From a virus: 34,509 bases of DNA. Made by a program: the position numbers and the translations under genes. The notes under the pieces were generated by a model. That model saw nothing but the letters and a program-made list of their open reading frames with translations, made no database searches and was not told the origin of the DNA. The DNA lies in IMG/VR virus record IMGVR_UViG_3300045988_143498, positions 1-34,509 of that record; one strand, written 5' to 3'. Below, in pieces: positions 31,816 through 34,509 of the stretch (its first letter is position 1; the number at the start of each line of letters is the position of its first letter).

Positions 31816-32212
31816 AGCCTTTAAAAATAGAATAAGAAATTACAACTTTCATATCGAACAAATAGAACTAATCAATGATGAAATGAACATAGTGTTCTAT
31901 GACTTAACAGGGGTTAAGGGTGCAAGCTATGACTATCACGCACCATGTACAAATCAAGCCATTAAGAACGAACATAGAACGGATTTATTGGAAAAGCTAG
32001 AAGAACTAAAGGAAAAGAAAAAAGCCCACCAAGAAGAACTAGACAAGCTCAATGCCATGTTAAATCAATTGAACAAGACCGATAGAGAATTAGTAAAAAA
32101 GAAGTTAATAAATGGCTTTACTTATGATGAATTATCTAATCAATCATACATGGCAAGAACCACTATTCAATATCGCATTGATAAAGCTATTAAAGATATC
32201 AGATACTTATAG
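31796..32212 (+). CDS. Sigma-70 region-4-like / ArpU-RinA-type late gene regulator
   Basis: The C-terminus (DRELVKKKLINGFTYDELSNQSYMARTTIQYRIDKAIKDI) resembles a sigma region-4 HTH. It is the last gene of the early region, before the packaging genes. Confidence 0.6.
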   Translation: MNEKEVEAFKNRIRNYNFHIEQIELINDEMNIVFYDLTGVKGASYDYHAPCTNQAIKNEHRTDLLEKLEELKEKKKAHQEELDKLNAMLNQLNKTDRELVKKKLINGFTYDELSNQSYMARTTIQYRIDKAIKDIRYL

Positions 32213-32241
32213 GGATGTTAAAATTTGACATCCCTTTTTTT
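32212..32241 (+). terminator. Rho-independent terminator of the early operon
   Basis: GGGATGT (32212-18) pairs with ACATCCC (32228-34) and is followed by T7. The right arm is also the first copy of the GACATCCC array. Confidence 0.7.
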
Positions 32242-32431
32242 ATAGAAAAAAAATTGACATCCCTATTTTTAAAAAAGCCATCCCTTTTTTTGACATCCCC
32301 TAAATTAAAAAGCCATCCCTAAAATTTGACATCCCTTTTTTAAGAGACATCTTTTAAAAATTTTGACATCCCCTAAAATAATTTGACATCGCTTAAAAAA
32401 ATGACATCCCTAAAAATAAAATGACATCCCC
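32225..32431 (+). repeat. Array A: ~11 same-strand copies of (TT)GACATCCC in pure A/T spacers
   Basis: By my reading, copies start near 32225, 32254, 32277, 32290, 32312, 32326, 32346, 32363, 32383, 32401 and 32421. Seven are exact GACATCCC, two are GCCATCCC and two are degenerate. Spacing is 13-29 bp, mostly ~20. Confidence 0.9.
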
Positions 32432-32487
32432 TAAAAGCATGAATTAAAACTAAAAAAAGCCAAGCAACAATGCAAGGCTTTAAAACA

Positions 32488-32517
32488 TTTAGAAACCTAA
32501 ACAATAACTTTAGAAAC
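32488..32517 (+). repeat. TTTAGAAAC x2 (21-bp period) between the two arrays
   Basis: Copies at 32488-32496 and 32509-32517. Confidence 0.8.
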
Positions 32518-32525
32518 TCAAAAAA

Positions 32526-32796
32526 GTAAATTAGTAAGTCTAGTAAGTAACTTTAGTAAGTACAGTAACTTGAAGTAACCTGAAGTAACTCATGCAGTAA
32601 GTGGTGCAGTAACTCGCAGTAACTCATGCAGTAAGTGGCAGTAAACTGCAGTAACTCAAAACTGCAGTAACTGAAAACTGCAGTAACTGCAGTAACCGAG
32701 AAAATTGCGGTAACTCAAAAAGTCTGTAACTGCAGTAACTGAAAATTGCAGTAACTCAAAAGTGCGGTAACTTAAAAAGTAACTTACTTTTGTAAG
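32526..32796 (+). repeat. Array B: ~24 same-strand copies of GTAA(C/G/A), mostly within (TGC)AGTAACT
   Basis: By my count there are 24 GTAAS/GTAAA cores in 271 bp. Six are exact TGCAGTAACT (605, 647, 663, 679, 731, 747; offsets within 32xxx). The period is 9-18 bp. The array runs into the 3' end of the RHH gene 32784..32954. Confidence 0.9.
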
Positions 32797-32954
32797 TCCT
32801 TTTTAATCAGTTCTACAATATAACCGCTTTTAGATTTAACCGTGTTCAGCTTCTCAAGTACCTTGGTATCGGTTTTTGGAACAACTACACGAATAATCGT
32901 GTAGTGTTCCTTATTAAAGTTGTTGATATAATCTTGTCTTTTTTTGTTAGTCAT
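32784..32954 (-). CDS. Ribbon-helix-helix DNA-binding protein (56 aa), paralog of CDS 18801..18992
   Basis: By my translation: MTNKKRQDYINNFNKEHYTIIRVVVPKTDTKVLEKLNTVKSKSGYIVELIKKDLQK. RBS AGGTAGGTG. Not in the ORF track. Confidence 0.55.
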   Translation of the reverse strand: MTNKKRQDYINNFNKEHYTIIRVVVPKTDTKVLEKLNTVKSKSGYIVELIKKDLQK

Positions 32955-32968
32955 TTAACACCTACCTT

Positions 32969-33163
32969 CTAGAGCGCAATCATGTTGCATTCTTTTAATA
33001 AGTCTTCTTTTCCATTTGTACAAATTCGATAGACTTTAATTGTTGCGTTCTCTATATCAACATTGTCTTTCATTTCTTTGGTGTAATATTTTAGTGCTTC
33101 TTCAAAAGAAACAAACGTTTCATAATATTTGTAATCGTTTATAGTTGTTTCAACTTTATACAT
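32969..33163 (-). CDS. Hypothetical protein (64 aa)
   Basis: I chose the start at the ATG with RBS AAGGGGG; the track start is 33193. Confidence 0.5.
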   Translation of the reverse strand: MYKVETTINDYKYYETFVSFEEALKYYTKEMKDNVDIENATIKVYRICTNGKEDLLKECNMIAL

Positions 33164-33174
33164 ATTTAGCCCCC

Positions 33175-33768
33175 TTAAAAACTTACACCGCAACCAATAG
33201 CGTATATTTGTGTGCTTTCTTCTTGTTCTTCAATTTCATCGTACTTTGCATTGCTCCACTCTTCAGCCTGTTCGTATGCATTCCATTGGCTGTTATTTGT
33301 GAACTCTTGTTCAATGTAGCTAGTTGTTACTTTGCCGTTCTCATGTTCTTCAATTTTAACCCACGCAGTATAAGTACCGATTGAACAACCTATATAATAA
33401 CCACTTTGTTCAATGTCGCAATAGTCCCAATAGTCGTTTGGGTTTGTTTTAACTTTTTTCAAGAAGTCCGCTTCATTTGTTGCTTCTTCTTCTTCTATAG
33501 CTTTTTCAACATCAAACTCATTAACTTCAATGCCAAATTCAGTCACTAACAAGTAATTAATGCCGTGGTCTGAAAGTTCCCAGTAAGTGGTTGTAAATTC
33601 TTCCAAAGCGTTTAGTGCTTCTTCTTCAGATTCAAATACTTGAAGGGTCTTTCTATCGCTATCATAATAAATAGTATCACCTTGTTTATAGGCTTCATCT
33701 GGATAGTTTAAAGAGTGCTTCACTCTTGGGTACTCGTGCGTCCCTTTGTTTAAATAATAAAGTTTCAT
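33175..33768 (-). CDS. Strongly acidic hypothetical protein (197 aa)
   Basis: By my count ~43 D/E versus ~14 K/R, including EEEEATNEAD and DEIEEQEE tracts. It is the first gene of a minus-strand operon. Confidence 0.6.
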   Translation of the reverse strand: MKLYYLNKGTHEYPRVKHSLNYPDEAYKQGDTIYYDSDRKTLQVFESEEEALNALEEFTTTYWELSDHGINYLLVTEFGIEVNEFDVEKAIEEEEATNEADFLKKVKTNPNDYWDYCDIEQSGYYIGCSIGTYTAWVKIEEHENGKVTTSYIEQEFTNNSQWNAYEQAEEWSNAKYDEIEEQEESTQIYAIGCGVSF

Positions 33769-33795
33769 TTGTTTATTTTCCTTTCCTATGGCTTA

Positions 33796-33824
33796 ATGAT
33801 ATACCTATATTAGCCAATATACAA
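33796..33824 (-). promoter_or_regulatory. Promoter candidate for operon 33768..32784, with an embedded inverted repeat
   Basis: On the minus strand: TTGTAT (33824-19), 17-nt spacer, TATCAT (33801-33796). The IR TATATT-4 nt-AATATA lies at 33806-33821. Confidence 0.45.
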
Positions 33825-33892
33825 GTACTTTTTATAACTTTCTTTATTTTTTTGCTTTTATTAAAAAAGTTTAAAATATTTGTAAATATGTA

Positions 33893-33921
33893 TTGACTAA
33901 TGCAATAGTATTTGCTAATAT
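33893..33921 (+). promoter_or_regulatory. Promoter candidate for CDS 33959..34507
   Basis: TTGACT (33893-98), 17-nt spacer, TAATAT (33916-21). The track ORF start at 33893 is the TTG of this -35 box. Confidence 0.6.
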
Positions 33922-33958
33922 CATAGTGTACAAAAGGTACAGGAGGAAAATAAACAAA

Positions 33959-34507
33959 ATGAAATTTACAAAAAACAACGAATATAATTCACTAGAAATC
34001 AGCTTTGAAGAAAAGCCAAGCGAAAAAGTAAGAGAAATATTGAAAGCTAACCATTTCAGATGGCACAGCGTTAAAAAAGTGTGGTATGGCTACAAAACCC
34101 AAGAAGAGATTGAAAAAGCTCTAAATGGCTTAGATGCAACAAAAGAAGTTAAACCAGAACAAAACAACCACAGTTTGAAAGTTGGTGATATATTAAGCAG
34201 CTCATGGGGTTATGACCAAACAAACAACGATTTTTACAAAGTTGTTAAAACCAGTAAAAGTTGCGTATGGCTTATAGAAGTATCACTTCCAGTCAAAGAG
34301 AGAAAGGGCATTTCAGGTATGTCGGAGGATAGAAAGTATGATATCGAAAATGCTAAACCTTGTAGCAACGATGAAACACCATTCAGAAGAACCGTATACA
34401 ACTACAGCGCCAACAAAGAACCTAAATGTGACTCCGTTTCAATCTCTGACTATGAAAGAGCACACAAATACAACGGTGAATGGTTGTATTGTAGCTGGTA
34501 TGCTTAA
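33959..34507 (+). CDS. Hypothetical protein (182 aa)
   Basis: Starts at ATG 33959 after the RBS AGGAGG. The N-terminal segment is LEISFEEKPSEKVREILKANHFRWHSVKKVWYGY. Its 3' end is duplicated at window positions 1-53. Confidence 0.6.
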   Translation: MKFTKNNEYNSLEISFEEKPSEKVREILKANHFRWHSVKKVWYGYKTQEEIEKALNGLDATKEVKPEQNNHSLKVGDILSSSWGYDQTNNDFYKVVKTSKSCVWLIEVSLPVKERKGISGMSEDRKYDIENAKPCSNDETPFRRTVYNYSANKEPKCDSVSISDYERAHKYNGEWLYCSWYA

Positions 34508-34509
34508 AT
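34455..34509 (+). repeat. Terminal overlap copy 2 (identical to 1..55)
   Basis: Exact 55-nt identity with the window start. Confidence 0.95.

Larger units (their letters stand above)
1..34509. mobile_element. Complete temperate siphovirus-like phage genome (circularly closed assembly)
   Basis: All canonical modules are present in the usual order: packaging, HK97-type head, tail, lysis, integrase/repressor, replication, late regulator. The ends overlap by 55 identical nt. The sequence is AT-rich with AAGGAG-type ribosome binding sites. Confidence 0.85.

Noticed and set aside
32225-32796. Possible CRISPR array, given the regularly spaced repeats
   Set aside because: The repeat units are only 8-10 bp, with 3-20 bp A/T-only or near-absent spacers. 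No cas genes or leader-like organisation are present. This is an iteron or binding-site type of array, not CRISPR.
1-34509. Diversity-generating retroelement, retron, toxin or virulence cargo, or tRNA genes
   Set aside because: No ORF shows reverse-transcriptase motifs, there are no template/variable repeat pairs, and I found no cloverleaf-capable segment in the non-coding gaps. No recognisable toxin domain was seen.

Overview
This window is a complete ~34.45-kb genome of an AT-rich temperate siphovirus, probably from a low-GC Gram-positive host. It was assembled as a circle: nt 1-55 are identical to nt 34455-34509.

Gene order on the + strand:
- GC-rich candidate cos region, then terS, terL, HNH, portal, HK97-type protease and capsid, and head-tail joining genes.
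- Major tail protein, tail chaperone with a -1 frameshift at an A9 run, and tape measure.
- Dit, Tal (with a PA14-like insert), an embedded amidase and fibre-like proteins.
- Holin and an unusual M23 + phosphodiester-glycosidase-like + coiled-coil lysin.

Next come a self-contained minus-strand four-gene moron operon, the attP region with arm-type repeats, the integrase and a cI-like repressor.

The + strand early region follows:
- cro-like switch with a repeated 16-bp operator.
- A second, short tyrosine recombinase.
- A replication organizer with internal repeats.
- Five tandem Cys-rich paralogs with conserved junctions.
- A PAPS-reductase-like protein, SSB, MazG and a sigma-like late regulator.

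The genome ends with a ~590-bp repeat-dense non-coding region and a second minus-strand operon ending in a paralogous RHH gene.

No tRNA, rRNA, CRISPR array, reverse transcriptase or recognisable toxin gene was seen.

The most unusual elements:
- The five-gene paralog cassette array (25467-27796).
- The dual short-repeat arrays (32212-32800).
- The two RHH-terminated minus-strand operons with operator-bearing promoters.
- The extra recombinase.

All functional calls come from motif recognition by eye. No database search was run.
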